A DNA stretch of 64,000 bases, taken from positions 17,044,950 to 17,108,949 of the forward strand of contig NC_134029.1 of the NCBI RefSeq assembly GCF_964204645.1, given 5' to 3'. Numbering within the stretch: the stretch's first letter is position 1; every line of letters starts with the position of its first letter. Shown here one piece after another: positions 12,775 to 24,909 of this stretch. A program made the translations under genes and the position numbers. The notes under the pieces were generated by a model, which saw only the letters and a list, made by a program, of their open reading frames with translations, was not told the DNA's origin and ran no database searches. The stretch is from Tubulanus polymorphus. Lineage: Eukaryota; Animalia; Nemertea.

Positions 12775-13131
12775 ATGAATATAACTGTTGGGCCGAGCAT
12801 ATGTTTTGGGTTTGATTTTAAACGTGAGAAAGAAATGAAATTTAACGTTAATGATGTAATTACACATATCAAAAATATTACATTTTCTAATGAAAAAACA
12901 TTTGAGTATGAAACAACAATAGATAAAGAAACTTTAAATGTAGAAAAGATTACTAATTTAATTAGAGAATCTTTAAGATTTTATGAATTAGATGAAGATT
13001 TTATCATCGATGATATTAAAAAAATAATAATTGAAATACATACAAATGAAACTAGTAATGAAATAAATGTTGAATTAATCATAAATAAGATAACTAAATA
13101 TTTTGATGATAGTAATTTTTTTGATAAATAA
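12775..13131 (+). CDS. Polinton hypothetical protein, 118 aa (copies at 14164-14520 and 15553-15909)
   Basis: Open ORF conserved in B (43011-43370). Confidence 0.8.
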   Translation: MNITVGPSICFGFDFKREKEMKFNVNDVITHIKNITFSNEKTFEYETTIDKETLNVEKITNLIRESLRFYELDEDFIIDDIKKIIIEIHTNETSNEINVELIINKITKYFDDSNFFDK

Positions 13132-13353
13132 ATGAATGATAATAAGTGGATAATAACTGGATTATATAATGGAGCACTACTATCAGTTGGAACTGTTGGT
13201 TATTCAATGGTATTAAAAACAGTATTCAAAATGGGAAGTGTTAATGTTGATAGATTTGATATAAATGATATTTTAAAATTAACATTAGCAGTTACTTTAT
13301 CTAATTTAACTATTGATTATTTAGAAAAACAAAAATATATTCCTCCCATATAA
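13132..13353 (+). CDS. Small hydrophobic Polinton protein, 73 aa (copies at 14521-14742 and 15910-16131)
   Basis: Near-identical to B 42789-43010; two hydrophobic segments. Confidence 0.8.
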   Translation: MNDNKWIITGLYNGALLSVGTVGYSMVLKTVFKMGSVNVDRFDINDILKLTLAVTLSNLTIDYLEKQKYIPPI

Positions 13354-16155
13354 ATGCGTTATTATTTTACTAAATAAATGGCTTCTGCTATTATAACTAT
13401 TATAGGATCGGCAATTGTTAACGCTTTAGCATTTACTGGTGGTGGTTATTTATTTAAGCATATTGATACTAGTACAATTAGATAGAGAATTCAAGAATTG
13501 TGTAGATTTAAAATTAGTAAATATAAGTTTATGTAATTCTTTTTATAATATATCGGATAAAAAGATAATACTGTTTTAATTCATATTAGAAATGTAGATA
13601 AATGGTTTCATCTAATTTCAAAACCAGGATTATATAATTTAGAGACTTTAGCGCAAGCAATTAATAGAAGAGCACGGTTGAAAATTAGAAGTGAAGATAA
13701 ATTTTTAATTAGATTTATAAAAAGTGATAGTTCTGATAAAATTAAAATAAAGGTATATGATGAAAGTCAAAATGCATTTTTAGTGAGAAAACCATTAGCT
13801 AAATTGCTAGGAATTGCACCAGATATTGTTACAGGAAACGTAGATGGCAATTCAAATATAATACCTTTTACGCACTTTTATATTTATTGCAATTTAATTG
13901 ATCCTACAAAAACTTTCGAAGCAACTAAAGAAACAATTTGTAGTTCTAGTATATTAAATATTTTACCGCTAAAAATGTTAAACAATTTGGAACTCAAATA
14001 AATTATAATTTAACAGAATGTGATTTTAAACCTTGCATTCCTCAATTTAATAATTTTAAATTAGAAATAAGAAATCATAATGGATATTTAATTGATTTGA
14101 ATAACTTTCCTGTGATATATGAATTAGTTATAAGATGTAAAGAGTAATTTTTTCATTATATAAATGAATATAACTGTTGGGCCGAGCATATGTTTTGGGT
14201 TTGATTTTAAACGTGAGAAAGAAATGAAATTTAACGTTAATGATGTAATTACACATATCAAAAATATTACATTTTCTAATGAAAAAACATTTGAGTATGA
14301 AACAACAATAGATAAAGAAACTTTAAATGTAGAAAAGATTACTAATTTAATTAGAGAATCTTTAAGATTTTATGAATTAGATGAAGATTTTATCATCGAT
14401 GATATTAAAAAAATAATAATTGAAATACATACAAATGAAACTAGTAATGAAATAAATGTTGAATTAATCATAAATAAGATAACTAAATATTTTGATGATA
14501 GTAATTTTTTTGATAAATAAATGAATGATAATAAGTGGATAATAACTGGATTATATAATGGAGCACTACTATCAGTTGGAACTGTTGGTTATTCAATGGT
14601 ATTAAAAACAGTATTCAAAATGGGAAGTGTTAATGTTGATAGATTTGATATAAATGATATTTTAAAATTAACATTAGCAGTTACTTTATCTAATTTAACT
14701 ATTGATTATTTAGAAAAACAAAAATATATTCCTCCCATATAAATGCGTTATTATTTTACTAAATAAATGGCTTCTGCTATTATAACTATTATAGGATCGG
14801 CAATTGTTAACGCTTTAGCATTTACTGGTGGTGGTTATTTATTTAAGCATATTGATACTAGTACAATTAGATAGAGAATTCAAGAATTGTGTAGATTTAA
14901 AATTAGTAAATATAAGTTTATGTAATTCTTTTTATAATATATCGGATAAAAAGATAATACTGTTTTAATTCATATTAGAAATGTAGATAAATGGTTTCAT
15001 CTAATTTCAAAACCAGGATTATATAATTTAGAGACTTTAGCGCAAGCAATTAATAGAAGAGCACGGTTGAAAATTAGAAGTGAAGATAAATTTTTAATTA
15101 GATTTATAAAAAGTGATAGTTCTGATAAAATTAAAATAAAGGTATATGATGAAAGTCAAAATGCATTTTTAGTGAGAAAACCATTAGCTAAATTGCTAGG
15201 AATTGCACCAGATATTGTTACAGGAAACGTAGATGGCAATTCAAATATAATACCTTTTACGCACTTTTATATTTATTGCAATTTAATTGATCCTACAAAA
15301 ACTTTCGAAGCAACTAAAGAAACAATTTGTAGTTCTAGTATATTAAATATTTTACCGCTAAAAATGTTAAACAATTTGGAACTCAAATAAATTATAATTT
15401 AACAGAATGTGATTTTAAACCTTGCATTCCTCAATTTAATAATTTTAAATTAGAAATAAGAAATCATAATGGATATTTAATTGATTTGAATAACTTTCCT
15501 GTGATATATGAATTAGTTATAAGATGTAAAGAGTAATTTTTTCATTATATAAATGAATATAACTGTTGGGCCGAGCATATGTTTTGGGTTTGATTTTAAA
15601 CGTGAGAAAGAAATGAAATTTAACGTTAATGATGTAATTACACATATCAAAAATATTACATTTTCTAATGAAAAAACATTTGAGTATGAAACAACAATAG
15701 ATAAAGAAACTTTAAATGTAGAAAAGATTACTAATTTAATTAGAGAATCTTTAAGATTTTATGAATTAGATGAAGATTTTATCATCGATGATATTAAAAA
15801 AATAATAATTGAAATACATACAAATGAAACTAGTAATGAAATAAATGTTGAATTAATCATAAATAAGATAACTAAATATTTTGATGATAGTAATTTTTTT
15901 GATAAATAAATGAATGATAATAAGTGGATAATAACTGGATTATATAATGGAGCACTACTATCAGTTGGAACTGTTGGTTATTCAATGGTATTAAAAACAG
16001 TATTCAAAATGGGAAGTGTTAATGTTGATAGATTTGATATAAATGATATTTTAAAATTAACATTAGCAGTTACTTTATCTAATTTAACTATTGATTATTT
16101 AGAAAAACAAAAATATATTCCTCCCATATAAATGCGTTATTATTTTACTAAATAA

Positions 16156-16578
16156 ATGGCTTCTGCTATTATAACTATTATAGGATCGGCAATTGTTAAC
16201 GCTTTAGCATTTACTGGTGGTGGTTATTTATTTAAGCATATTGATAAAAATGGATCATTAACAGAACAAAAAAGACAAAACTTAGCGTTAGAGAAATACA
16301 ATAAAGCAGCGGAAGAATACAGAGAAAAACGACAAAACTATATGGATTACATCAATAAAGAATTATATGATCAGAAGATTTCACACAGAGATTTTCAATC
16401 AGTTGATGATGCAATGAGTTTATATAACGCGGTAACCAATAAAGAAAAATTACATCTACATAAACCTACAATATCAGATTATTATACCCCAAGTAATGAA
16501 CAGAAGAAATATGAAATAATATGGATTTTAGGCGGAACTGTTATTGTTATATTTGTTGCTTATAAGTTTACTAATTAG
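16156..16578 (+). CDS. Polinton membrane/coiled-coil protein, 140 aa
   Basis: Hydrophobic N- and C-termini; conserved in B 42341-42763. Confidence 0.8.
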   Translation: MASAIITIIGSAIVNALAFTGGGYLFKHIDKNGSLTEQKRQNLALEKYNKAAEEYREKRQNYMDYINKELYDQKISHRDFQSVDDAMSLYNAVTNKEKLHLHKPTISDYYTPSNEQKKYEIIWILGGTVIVIFVAYKFTN

Positions 16579-16597
16579 TAATTTTTTTTCTAAATAA

Positions 16598-17031
16598 ATG
16601 GAAGATAAAGTTGATAATATTGATATCATTCCTCATGATATAAATAAAACTAAATTAAAAATATATTTAGAAAAACAAATATTAGAATTTGAAAGTGACT
16701 TAAAAGTTAAAAAGAAAAATATTAAAAAAGTAAAATTATATATTATTTGATTATAAGTGGTTCGGTTACAATTAGTTCTGTAATAACATTTTTAGCAATA
16801 TTCTGTCCATTAACACCTTTAGCTATATCAATTGGTGTATTAGGATTAAGTTCAAGTGTTTTAACCGGTATAAGTTCAAAATTAAATATAAAAAGTAATA
16901 AAGAAAAAATTAAAACTAATATAAAAGAAATTAATAAATTAAAGAATACACTAGATTATATAATAAGTTTAAATGGTCATATAACAGTTGAAGAACAAGA
17001 TAAATTATTAAAAGAATTAATAAATTATTAA
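16598..17031 (+). pseudogene. Two-TM Polinton protein, frameshifted
   Basis: Homolog of B 41887-42321; frameshift in the A-rich stretch near 16715. Confidence 0.8.
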
Positions 17032-17219
17032 TTTTTTAGTTATATAAATTTCAAAAGTTTCCAAAAAGTTTTCCAAAAGCTTTCCAATATAATAAATCAA
17101 TTAAATATAATATTCCAGCAATAGATTCTAATAAAGATATTACATATAGAAATGAAGTTTTAAATTCATTAATTGATTTATATATTTATGTTACTGAAAG
17201 TTATAATTTTCATGTAAAG

Positions 17220-18383
17220 ATGGAAAATATATTTCATATGTATACAATTAATTTCAAAAATTTAAATGAGGCAAAACAATGGTTATTAAAATCTAATATG
17301 AAGTATTGGCAGAACCAATTAAATTTTGCTGTTTATTGCGCAACAACAGGATGTGGAATTAGTTGGAATGATCATTTTAACAAACCAAGTTTACCATTGA
17401 TGTTATCACTTTTTAGATTTCATACATATTTTCAAATAAAATTAATATTAGATGAATTAGAATGTCCTTTACCAGGTTCAAAATATTTTAAAGAATTGAA
17501 TAATAATATTAATTTTTCTAAGTTTTATAAAATATGTAATGAATTTAATATCAATTCAAATAAAGATTTTAGAGCAAAAATTGGAACAAAGGGCGGATTA
17601 GGAATATTATATACTAAAGAATTTGGAAAAATAATGACAAATTCAGATATAAGAACACTAAATTGGAATGAATTACCAAAATATTATAATAATTTACAAC
17701 AACAGAACAATAATGGTTGGGTTAATTTCATTTTAGAAAATAGTGAAGGTTTTACTAAAGCTGGTATACAAAGAATAAATCAATCTATTAGAACTTATTT
17801 AATTTGTATTTTAGGTGCGCAAGTTGAAACAAGATCCCCAATAATTGGAAATGATAACACTTCATTCGATGCGCAGAAACAATTGAAGGTATTATTTGAA
17901 GATTCAATTCATAATGATAAAAATAGATCTATTCCAGAAAACATTGTAAGATATCAAAATTATTTAGATAAATCACATATTAGATTAAATTATTGTATAG
18001 GCCCTAATCTATTTATTATTTCTAATGATATAGTATTAAAGATGGGAAATATAATTGGTTATAATAATCTAATTAAAACTGCAACAATAAATAATTCATT
18101 TGGATTAAATGATATAAATAAAAAGATTATTACTGCTCCAAAATTAATAGAAGGTGAAAAAAATAAAAAACACATTCAATCAACAGAAACTAAAACTAAT
18201 AATATTAAATTAAATAATGATTCTAAAATAAAAGATTTCAATACATCAGAAGATATAAAAACTGATAATATTCAACATGATATAATTAAACTAAATGATG
18301 ATAATAAATCCCATGAAAATGCTAAATTAGCTATAACTTGTATAGGAATTGTAATCGGAGGAATATTATATTTTAAATTTTGA
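17220..18383 (+). CDS. Polinton protein with C-terminal TM anchor; original start codon lost
   Basis: Homolog of B 40569-41870 (MKYWQNQLNFAVYCATTGCGISW); start region ~17050-17080 rearranged. Confidence 0.75.
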   Translation: MENIFHMYTINFKNLNEAKQWLLKSNMKYWQNQLNFAVYCATTGCGISWNDHFNKPSLPLMLSLFRFHTYFQIKLILDELECPLPGSKYFKELNNNINFSKFYKICNEFNINSNKDFRAKIGTKGGLGILYTKEFGKIMTNSDIRTLNWNELPKYYNNLQQQNNNGWVNFILENSEGFTKAGIQRINQSIRTYLICILGAQVETRSPIIGNDNTSFDAQKQLKVLFEDSIHNDKNRSIPENIVRYQNYLDKSHIRLNYCIGPNLFIISNDIVLKMGNIIGYNNLIKTATINNSFGLNDINKKIITAPKLIEGEKNKKHIQSTETKTNNIKLNNDSKIKDFNTSEDIKTDNIQHDIIKLNDDNKSHENAKLAITCIGIVIGGILYFKF

Positions 18384-18398
18384 TTTTTTATTATGTAA

Positions 18399-20089
18399 AT
18401 GGCAGAAGGTGGAAAAGATATTGGAATTGATACTTTTGGTGACGCTCCCGGTATAAGTGATGAACAACCACCTAATTTTGATGAAACAAGTTTCAGTAAT
18501 GATAATAAAACGGCATATAATACTAATTTAGGTGAAGATGATGATTATGATGATGATTATGATGGAATTAATTCCGAATTACGTGAAAAATTAATTAAAT
18601 ATTTACAAGCTCCTGAAAGTGGTAGAATTTCAACTAGAAGAGAAAGAAAAGAATTTATGAAACTATTAGAAAAACAACAAGAAAAATATCCTGATAAACC
18701 TATGGAATTATATAGAATGAAATCTAGAGTAACAGATAAAATTGTTAACGAATTATTACCAAAAGTTGTAATAGATGAAATTGAGAAGGTGTTGTAGAAC
18801 AAATTTTAAAAGATGACCCATTTTTCATGAATAATTTAGAATTTAAAAATGATTCATGGTATTATAATCTTGAATTAAATAGGAATATTGTAACAATTCA
18901 ATTATCTAGAATGGGTCAAGAAAATATTTTTGAACCTGGAATGCGAGCAAGATCTACAATTAAAGGTTCAAAAGGCGGTAGAGAATTTCTCAGAATTATA
19001 TGGAATGCACTCGATAGAATAAATAAAGAAGAACCAATTCCTAATATTGATATAAACAAATATTCACCATTTAAAAATCCAAATCCAAATCCTACTGATG
19101 TTGATCCAGAAACTGATGAAGATTTTGCAAATCGATTAGATAAATTAAGATCTTCAACACCCGAAACATCGAGAAGAGACACTCAACAAATTGATAATGA
19201 TTCAAGTCAATTACAATTAACATTAGAAAAACAAATTGATAGATTAAGAGATTCAGAAGAAGAGATGAATAGTACTGGAATAAATCGAATGCAATCTTTA
19301 CTAGAAAAAGGATTACTTGATTTAACTGATGAAGAATTAAAAGAATTTCCTGAACAAGCACGTAGAGAAATTAAAGGTATGCAAGAATCATCTGGTGAAA
19401 TTGCTAATATTAAGATGAGATTTTCTAAAATAACCATGTTAGAAAAAGAATTAACTAATGCAAATGAAGAATTAAAACAATTAGAATTAAATAGAGATCT
19501 TCAAGTAATAGAGGAAGCTGATTATGAAAGCAGAAAGTTAGCTTTAGAAAAAGAAATAGATGATTTAAAATATAACAAAGAATTACAGGAAAAAGAAAGA
19601 GATACATCATTAAAATCATATTATCTTAATCATATTAAAAAATTAAAAGTTATTTTTAAAGATTTGTTGATAAAACCAGATTCTAAAATATCATTGAAAG
19701 ATAGAATAAAATTATTATTTAAATTAGAAGGAATAACAATTCTTTCAATTCTAACAGCTGTAACTAAGTTATTTACAACAATTGGTTTAGCAATATCAAA
19801 TGCTTTAAAATCTACTCCTACTCCAAATAAACCAGATAAACCCCCAGATAATAATTCTATACAAGATAAAGTTAAAGATGGTTTAAAGAAATTAGCAAAA
19901 TATTTATGGGAACTATCTAAAAAATCTGCTGCAGCATTACCCGGAATTATTGCATCAATTGTTGGTTTTATATTGAAATCTGCAGGAAAAATTATTAACT
20001 TTGCTGCTGAACATATTATTTTATTTTTAATTACAGTTGTAAGTGCTATTATTTTTGGGTTAGTGAATATGATATCAAAAAATAAATAA
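18399..20089 (+). pseudogene. Acidic/coiled-coil protein with C-terminal hydrophobic helices, split by a frameshift
   Basis: ORFs 18399-18797 and 18827-20089 are in different frames; C-terminal ~150 aa near-identical to B 39119-40552. Confidence 0.75.
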
Positions 20090-20108
20090 TTAATTTTTTG
20101 TTAAATAA

Positions 20109-21137
20109 ATGAGTGGGAGTTATATCAATCCTTCTAAGAATCATAGAATATCTAATGCTATTAAAGCAGAAAGATCACATCTAATTACTCATAACCCTTC
20201 TAATATTAATCCCGATGAAACTTTATATGTTAGAATCCCTCGATTAACACAAAATACTTTTTATGTTCCAAATAGTATTTATTTATCAGCCGATATAAAA
20301 GTAACCGGTAATAATAATAATTATGTTGTTGATAATGTTGGAAGATATTTGATTAAAAAATTAACTATAAAGATTGGACCAGAAACAGTTTTCTCATTAC
20401 ATGATTATAATTTATTTATGCATTATAAAGATTTATGGTTAACTAAAGAAAATAGAAATAATATGATATTTCAAGGCATCCAATCAGAAAACCAAAATAA
20501 ATTAAGATCAGAAGCGCATAATGCAATATTAACTAATTCTATAGATAAATTGATAAAAAGTATATATGGAAGCAAATATAAAATTCCATTAGACTTTGAA
20601 TTGATAAATAATAATGCACCTTTATATAAATATGCAATTCAAGAAGATGTTATTTTCGAAATAACATTTGCTCCTGTAAATGAAATTGTATTATCTAGCG
20701 TTAATAAAGATATGTGTTATAAATTATCGAATATATGTTTAGAATATGATACAGTAACTGATGAAAATATTTCAAGTATAATTCAAACTAAATACAATCA
20801 AGGATTTTCATTATTATATGATTATATTGATAAATTTAAAACCGTAACTATTAATGCAAATGATGAAATAATTAATGAGAATATTAACTTCCCAAGAAGA
20901 TCTATTAAAGGTATATTAATATTTTTTACTATTGCAACATATTCTAATGGTGCAATAAATGTTGATAATTATTATAATCCTGAAATAACAAAAGTAGAAA
21001 TAACTATCGAAGGAATAGCAAGTAATTTTTCTAAACATAAAAAATCTCAAGCGCATATCGAAAATGAAAGGGAGTTAGAAGAACATGAAAAGAAATTAGA
21101 AGAAATAGAAAGAAAAAAAAATGTGCCAATATTGTAA
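20109..21137 (+). pseudogene. Major capsid protein, C-terminally truncated and fused by deletion to a downstream zinc-finger gene remnant
   Basis: Matches B MCP up to ITIEGIA (~21020), then reads SNFSKHKKSQAH... Confidence 0.85.
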
Positions 21138-21594
21138 TAAGAAAATTGAACCTGTTGATGAAAATACTCATTATAAATCAAAGTTACATCTAATTAATGT
21201 TTATAAAATGGTGAGTATGATACCATTGTTAAATAACCCAAATAAATATATCAAATATTTTAATCCTAAAACTAACCAATATTATATATTCTATAAGTTG
21301 TTATTTGATAAATTATTAGCTTATGCAGAAGATTATCCTGAACAAATATATAAATTATTATATTTAAGAAAAATAGATTTAAGTTATCTAATAAAACATT
21401 TTGGATATCAATTTGATTTTGATAATGATGATTTTGATGAATACTTAGAAAAATTAAGAGAAAAAGCTAATATACCTACTAATTATCATTCAAAGATGAC
21501 TCGACTAAAATTAATAAATCTACCTAAGACTTTTGGTGAATTAGATATAAACAGAGATGATTTTATGAATATATTAGAAACAAAATTAGAATAA
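21121..21594 (+). CDS. C2H2-like zinc-finger protein fragment
   Basis: CQYC...HYKSKLH; probably the frameshifted continuation of the gene fused to MCP; no close counterpart in B. Confidence 0.6.
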   Translation: MCQYCNKKIEPVDENTHYKSKLHLINVYKMVSMIPLLNNPNKYIKYFNPKTNQYYIFYKLLFDKLLAYAEDYPEQIYKLLYLRKIDLSYLIKHFGYQFDFDNDDFDEYLEKLREKANIPTNYHSKMTRLKLINLPKTFGELDINRDDFMNILETKLE

Positions 21595-21623
21595 TTATTA
21601 TAAAACTAATCTATATAACTTTA

Positions 21624-21947
21624 TACTAGACGTACGAGTAAGAATCCAAGAATCCAAGAATCCAAGAAATCTTACTTTCTTACTCGTACGTCTAGTACAT
21701 AGATATATATATATAATAGTTTTCATAAAAATCAAAAACATAAAATTATTAATCTAAGTATAGAAATAGTTATAATATAATCTATTTTTATTATTATTAA
21801 GAGAAAAAATATAATTTATTCATTTTTATATAATTCATTTAATAATTTATATATCTACTAGACGTACGTAAGAATCTAAGAATCTTACTTTCTTGGTAAG
21901 AATCTTACTTTCTTACTCGTACGTCTAGTATATAGATATATAAATTA
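21624..21947. repeat. Two related hairpins between convergent gene blocks
   Basis: TACTAGACGTACGAGTAAGAA...TTCTTACTCGTACGTCTAGTA (21624-21697) and a variant at ~21843-21947. Confidence 0.85.
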
Positions 21948-21975
21948 GTTTCTTTAATATTCCAAATTATAAATT

Positions 21976-22587
21976 TTATTTTATAAATTTATATTCATAG
22001 GGAAATTGTAATCTCAGTAATAATTTTGAACCTTTATTATTCTTTAATTTATTCATCTATTCATCATGTAATTCAGTAGGTATAATTTGATTTTCTTCCA
22101 ATGATTGTTGCATAGATTTTCTATCTTTGTTATAAAATAAAACTAGAAATCTTATATTCTCCCTAAAGTCTTTAACAATTGAATTATATTTTTGATTTAA
22201 AACCCATGTTGTTATCCCAAAATGTCTCCCAGAAAAAGCTAAATAACATAACTCACTTTCTCTCACTTTTGAATCATGTAAATTTGCGCAATCATCTATG
22301 ATAAATAATGTATTTGATCCTTTATAAGTATCAATTGCTATTTTTATACAATTATCTAAATTTTCTTTTACTGTTTTAGGATTTAATATAAAAAACTTTT
22401 TTATCTTAACTATATCTCTGTTATATGTTTTATTCATTTCATAAGTAGGGCAGAATAATATTATATTATCAAAATGATTCTTATAAATAGTTTCTAACAA
22501 ATCTAATATGAAATGTGTTTTACCACAATTGGTTACTCCAGTAACTAATATATTATGCGGTTCAAATATAAATAAATCTTTATTCAT
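21976..22587 (-). pseudogene. A32/FtsK-like packaging ATPase with premature TAG
   Basis: Walker A GVTNCGKT, Walker B IIDD, GRH; stop at 22057-22059 where B has Tyr. Confidence 0.9.
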
Positions 22588-23671
22588 TTATTCTTTTAAT
22601 TTTACTAGATAAAATCCATTCATTAAATTTATCATCATATCCTTTATATTTCACCAAAGAATACTTTTTTCCTTTAAGAGTTTTTGTTTTCAATACTTTT
22701 TCTATTTTGTATTCTATTTCATCTGGATTTGGTACAAGTGATAATTCTTGTTCATAGAAATAACCTAATATTTCTTCATCTTTTAGATCTTCTAATTTAT
22801 AAACAAAAGGTTTAGTTAATATTATCTTTTTAATCTTGAATATTTCTTCTGCAAAATTAGGGGTATAACCTTTATAAAATGTTTTTCTATATTTAGATAT
22901 TCTTACGTGTTGTCTTATTTTAAATTTAGGTTCTCCGAAATCATGTGTAACAAATGCTCCATATAAATTATTCCAAACTATTTCCGAATTATCTTCTTTT
23001 CTAGCTTGTATAGGTTTCATATTTATAGAACTATGTTTAGAATTATTATAACCTTTCACTAAATCATCTAATACATCGATATATTTATATGTTTCATTAG
23101 CAGTAAAATATTTCCACATTCTAGTTTTCAATGTTTTATTAAATCTTTCTATAATAGATGCTTTTTTATCTGAATGTGTTGAAAAATAATCTACATCGTT
23201 ATCAGATAATAGTTTTTTGAAATGTTTGTTATAAAATTCCTTACCTTCATCAAATTGTATCTTATCCGGAATAGCTTCTTTAAATATAGATTTAAAAGCA
23301 TTTGTAACCTCTATACCAGTTTTATTTTTGATTGGAATTGACCATGCGTATCGACTGAATATATCTATAACATTTAATATCCAGAAATATCCTTTGTTGT
23401 ATTCCTCTAAGTTCTTCATGTCAATTAAATCTGCTTGCCATTGTTGATCGATATATGAAACCATAACTTTTCTTGTTAAATAAGTTTTATCCATTTTCTT
23501 GTGGATTTGATATGTTGGCTGATTTTGTAACCATGATTTCAATTCACTATATTTCATATTACCATTTTCATTATCAGATTTAATTTCATTCCATAATTCT
23601 GAAACGTTAGAATATGATACTTCACTTTCTGGGTTATAATATAAATCTCTTAAATATTGTTCTTTTTTCAT
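22580..23671 (-). CDS. Retroviral-type DDE integrase with C-terminal chromodomain, intact
   Basis: WQADLID, QFDEGKEF, KASIIERFN; YKIEKVL...YSLVKYKGYDDKFNEWI. Confidence 0.95.
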   Translation of the reverse strand: MKKEQYLRDLYYNPESEVSYSNVSELWNEIKSDNENGNMKYSELKSWLQNQPTYQIHKKMDKTYLTRKVMVSYIDQQWQADLIDMKNLEEYNKGYFWILNVIDIFSRYAWSIPIKNKTGIEVTNAFKSIFKEAIPDKIQFDEGKEFYNKHFKKLLSDNDVDYFSTHSDKKASIIERFNKTLKTRMWKYFTANETYKYIDVLDDLVKGYNNSKHSSINMKPIQARKEDNSEIVWNNLYGAFVTHDFGEPKFKIRQHVRISKYRKTFYKGYTPNFAEEIFKIKKIILTKPFVYKLEDLKDEEILGYFYEQELSLVPNPDEIEYKIEKVLKTKTLKGKKYSLVKYKGYDDKFNEWILSSKIKRINE

Positions 23672-23677
23672 CTTATT

Positions 23678-24043
23678 TTAATCCATTAATAATAATTTAG
23701 ATTTAGTTTCAATGGCTTTATGATTTGACTTATTTTCTGGTATAATAGGTTTATTGTTATTGGAATCATCTTTATCATCAGATTTGAATTTTGATTTATA
23801 TATTACACCGGATAATATAATAACTGTTACTAATCCAATTGTAATATATAATTTATAATTACTTCCAGCATTAGAAGAATTAGATGGATTATTATTTGAA
23901 TCAATATCAGATAAAGTCTGTGATTCATTTATATCAGTTAATTTCTTTTTCTTAGCTTTTTTTAATTCTGCAGATCTTTTACCCAATTCTCTTGCCCATA
24001 TAATTAGTTTTTCAGATCTAGGCTTTTTCCTTAACTCCATCAC
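23678..24043 (-). CDS. Basic single-TM protein
   Basis: Lys-rich N-terminus plus TM segment LYITIGLVTVIILSGVIY; homolog of B 34687-35046. Confidence 0.75.
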   Translation of the reverse strand: MMELRKKPRSEKLIIWARELGKRSAELKKAKKKKLTDINESQTLSDIDSNNNPSNSSNAGSNYKLYITIGLVTVIILSGVIYKSKFKSDDKDDSNNNKPIIPENKSNHKAIETKSKLLLMD

Positions 24044-24642
24044 TCATTTATTTTAGTTAATTTTTGTTCTGATTCATTTTCTGTTTCGACGTTTGGGTGT
24101 AGTACATCTGTTTCATTCTTACCTGATTTATATTCCAAAGGTTTGATGTTCGAAAATGTTATGACGCCAGTAGAAATTAATGTCATAACCGATCCTAATT
24201 GAAATGAAGCATAACCAACCCATTTTTGTAATTCAGTCATAACTAAATAGTCATTTTTCAAATCACTATATAATTTATTTTCATCATCAATTGGTATTAA
24301 CTGGTTACATAACTTAGAATAACATTTGACAATACCATCTGAAATAGAATCATTTATTCGGGCTAATCTTGCTTCTTCATAAATCTTAAAATATTTTATT
24401 ACTTTATCTGGTTTCATAGCATCTAATTCTTGAAAAGTAATTATCTTAGTTAAAAACTCTTTAGATTTTCCGCCAGCAATCAATAGTTCTAGATGATGCT
24501 TACAATATAAATAGTATTCATAATCAATATTGTTATTAACTTGAATAGAATTAGAAACAACTGTATCTTTATTATCACTTATACCCAAATCATCTAATGT
24601 TTTTTCGATATCAATACTATTCTTATTAGATTTCTTTGACAT
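24040..24642 (-). CDS. Conserved Polinton hypothetical protein, 200 aa
   Basis: Near-identical to B 34092-34694. Confidence 0.8.
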   Translation of the reverse strand: MSKKSNKNSIDIEKTLDDLGISDNKDTVVSNSIQVNNNIDYEYYLYCKHHLELLIAGGKSKEFLTKIITFQELDAMKPDKVIKYFKIYEEARLARINDSISDGIVKCYSKLCNQLIPIDDENKLYSDLKNDYLVMTELQKWVGYASFQLGSVMTLISTGVITFSNIKPLEYKSGKNETDVLHPNVETENESEQKLTKINE

Positions 24643-24909
24643 TTATATTAGAGAAATTTAATAAGAAAAATATCATAAGTATTATAAAATGATACCAGTA
24701 TCTCTTTAGGTTAATACTAAATTGACTAGGTTAGTTAAAGTTAAAGAATTTTAGTATTAGTTATTGTTTTTTTAGTATTTTTTATTTGCGATATAAAGTA
24801 TTCTCTTTTAAAAAGAATTGTAAAAGAAAATATTAAAAATTAAAATAGAAATAATAGATAGTTGAAGGTATGTAATTTTTATTATATTTTATTTGAGATA
24901 TATTAATCT

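Larger units (their letters stand above)
12078..16246 (+). repeat. Tandem triplication of a 1389-bp unit
   Basis: Identical 107/118/73-aa ORFs at 1389-bp spacing; junction CATATTGA|TACTAGTAC at 13467 and 14856. Confidence 0.95.
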
